Assembly (NCBI RefSeq): GCF_009914755.1
Contig: NC_060936.1
Source: the human T2T-CHM13v2.0 reference genome, Homo sapiens
Strand: one strand, 5' to 3'
DNA: 64,000 nucleotides
In this document: positions 62,261-64,000 of the stretch, in pieces
Numbering within the stretch: the first letter of the stretch is position 1
Layout of the letters: every line of letters starts with the position of its first letter
Notes under the pieces: generated by a model
What the model was told of the DNA's origin: nothing
Databases searched by the model: none
Seen by the model: only the letters and a program-made list of their open reading frames with translations
Position numbers and translations under genes: made by a program

Positions 62261-63509
62261 GCTTAATTCTGGTGAGCATCTGATTGTGGCTTCTTTGGTC
62301 TTCCTTGGGCGTGCCTAAGGACTCCTATCTTTGTCTCATTTATATTAAGTTCATGAGATCTGTGCTTTCTACTCCAGCTTTCCACTCATCTTTATAAAAC
62401 AGTAAGGACAAAATTAAATGAAATGTGCAAAATAACTGCACAAACTCTGTGCTGGGTGCCTGGTGACGCGGAACCGTCGGCTGGCACGCTGCGCCCCCAC
62501 GTGGAAGCTTGCAAGGTTTGGCCCCCTAGGCACGGAAGTTCCTATCTGGCCCCTGGAAAGCAGCCCAGGGGGACCAGGCTTAGTGCCCAAATGTACGCGC
62601 TGTGCAAAAGAGAAACTTATGAAGTCAAGGACCTCGTGGCGTGTTAGACGAGAGCCCGAGGGCAGGGGTGGGGGTGCAGTGCTGATGGGGATGTGGGCCA
62701 CACCCGCTAGCTTTCCTCCCCGAGCCAGAGAAGATGTTCCTGTCCTTGAACAAGAGAGCAGACAGTTCCCCCAGGCAGCTGTGTGCATGGGGGGAGGAGG
62801 GGGTTCCGGGAGGGTGCTGTGCTGCATGGCCCTCGACACAGATGTGCACTCGCATGCGCTTGGCAAAGGTGCTCCCCGCACTGGACGTGCATTTGTTTTT
62901 CCTCCAGGACTGTGTTCTGGACAAGGACCTCCTGAGGCACCCATGCTGCAGTTCCCAGAGGCTTAAGGACGGCTGCGGGACGTGTGGGCGTCTGGGTTGG
63001 TGAGTCTGGGAATTGGGGAGGGGGCGTCTGCGAACGGAAGCCAGCCCACCCCAGTCATAAATGCCATACTCTTAGGGACACGCAGGAGTATTTTATTGTT
63101 TCATTGAAAACTGAGCCCCCAGTGCAGCTGTTCTGCCCATGAATTCCAGGGGGCAGGGACGGTGCGGGTAGGAGAATGAGGGGAAGCCAGAGGGAAGTGG
63201 GGACAGGGCCCGCTTGTCAAGTCTACGAGATCTTGTTACTGGGGTTTGGGGGAAATTGGATGCGGTTCCAGGGTTCAAATCTTTCTTGCCCCACACACCA
63301 GGGCGCTGGCTCCACTTAAGGCCATCGAGATGAAAGGGCCTGAGTGTTTATTCCCTTGTCAGCCCAGCAAATGGGTTCTGAGCCAACTCTGACAGTCTGT
63401 TTTCAAATAGGAAAAAGCGTTTTTTAAAAACTCTTTGTTTGGAGAGTAAAACCTGCTATGTGTTAAAGGTGACAAGCTAGGCTGTGCTGCAGACAGGACC
63501 CCCTCCCGG

Positions 63510-63870
63510 GTTGGCTCAGGGAGGCTTTTGCACTAGGCACCTCCTCAGATTACACCTGGCCATCGCCTCCCTGTCTTTCCACTTGCAATTTTAAGGGTCA
63601 CCTCTCCAAGGATGCCTTCTCTGACCACCCAGCGTAGTTCCCCAGGCACTCCGTCACTGTCCTGCTGTAACCCCTTCCTGGCGATCCTCTTCGCCTGATA
63701 TTTTTGTGCTCACTGATGGATGAGCTCTGCTCATGAAAATGCAAAGTCCCTTAAGAGCAGAGTCTGTGTCTGTTCTTTTGGCTGCACTGTTACCTGCACA
63801 GAGAAGAGTGCCCAACCGAGATTGTGCATTCAATACGTATATTTTATTAGTTGAAATAAATGAATGATGT
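63510..63870 (+). mobile_element. L2 3'-end fragment
   Basis: GTCACCTCTCCAAGGATGCCTTCTCTGACCACCC...CAATACGTAT...GTTGAAATAAATGAATGA. Confidence 0.7.
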
Positions 63871-64000
63871 TTAAGACCTGGCTTATGCATTTTCTTTAAT
63901 GAAGAGATGGAGAAAACATAGCATGCTGGAGCAGAAGGGAGATTGAGGAGAAGAATCTGGACCAGCAAAGAAAAAGAATTCCAATTTTCCTTCCCTCAAG

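Noticed and set aside
62414-62966. Overlapping 176-aa and 167-aa ORFs on opposite strands
   Set aside because: GC-rich, stop-poor sequence with no family similarity. Kept only as a CpG-rich regulatory candidate.

Overview
Human (primate) genomic DNA from the neurotrophin-3 locus (NTF3), transcribed on the + strand. Positions 1-44983 are the 3' ~45 kb of the long intron; the 5' exon(s) lie upstream of the window. The single coding exon starts at the acceptor at 44983/44984 and carries the complete prepro-NT-3 ORF (ATG 45005 to TGA 45778, 257 aa; furin site RRKR; 119-aa cystine-knot mature domain). A short AU-rich 3' UTR with several poly(A) signals follows, then ~18 kb of downstream sequence. 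The rest is typical mammalian non-coding DNA: 7 Alus, 2 solo MLT1 LTRs, several DNA-transposon fossils (one still showing a hAT transposase C-terminal domain), L1/L2/MIR fragments and simple repeats, including a 1.4-kb CA-rich array and a 0.55-kb CT tract. All other ORFs in the track look like repeat or low-complexity artefacts. I found no evidence of a new protein-coding system. The best leads are regulatory and are inferences: a candidate TDP-43-repressed cryptic exon at 37.5 kb, CA/CU/UG splicing-silencer arrays clustered within ~6 kb, a candidate internal first exon at 30.7 kb, an APA-controlled miR-200 switch in the 3' UTR, motif-dense intronic enhancer candidates, and a templated-insertion repair scar at 55.2 kb. 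Repeat subfamily names were assigned by eye and need RepeatMasker/Dfam confirmation.
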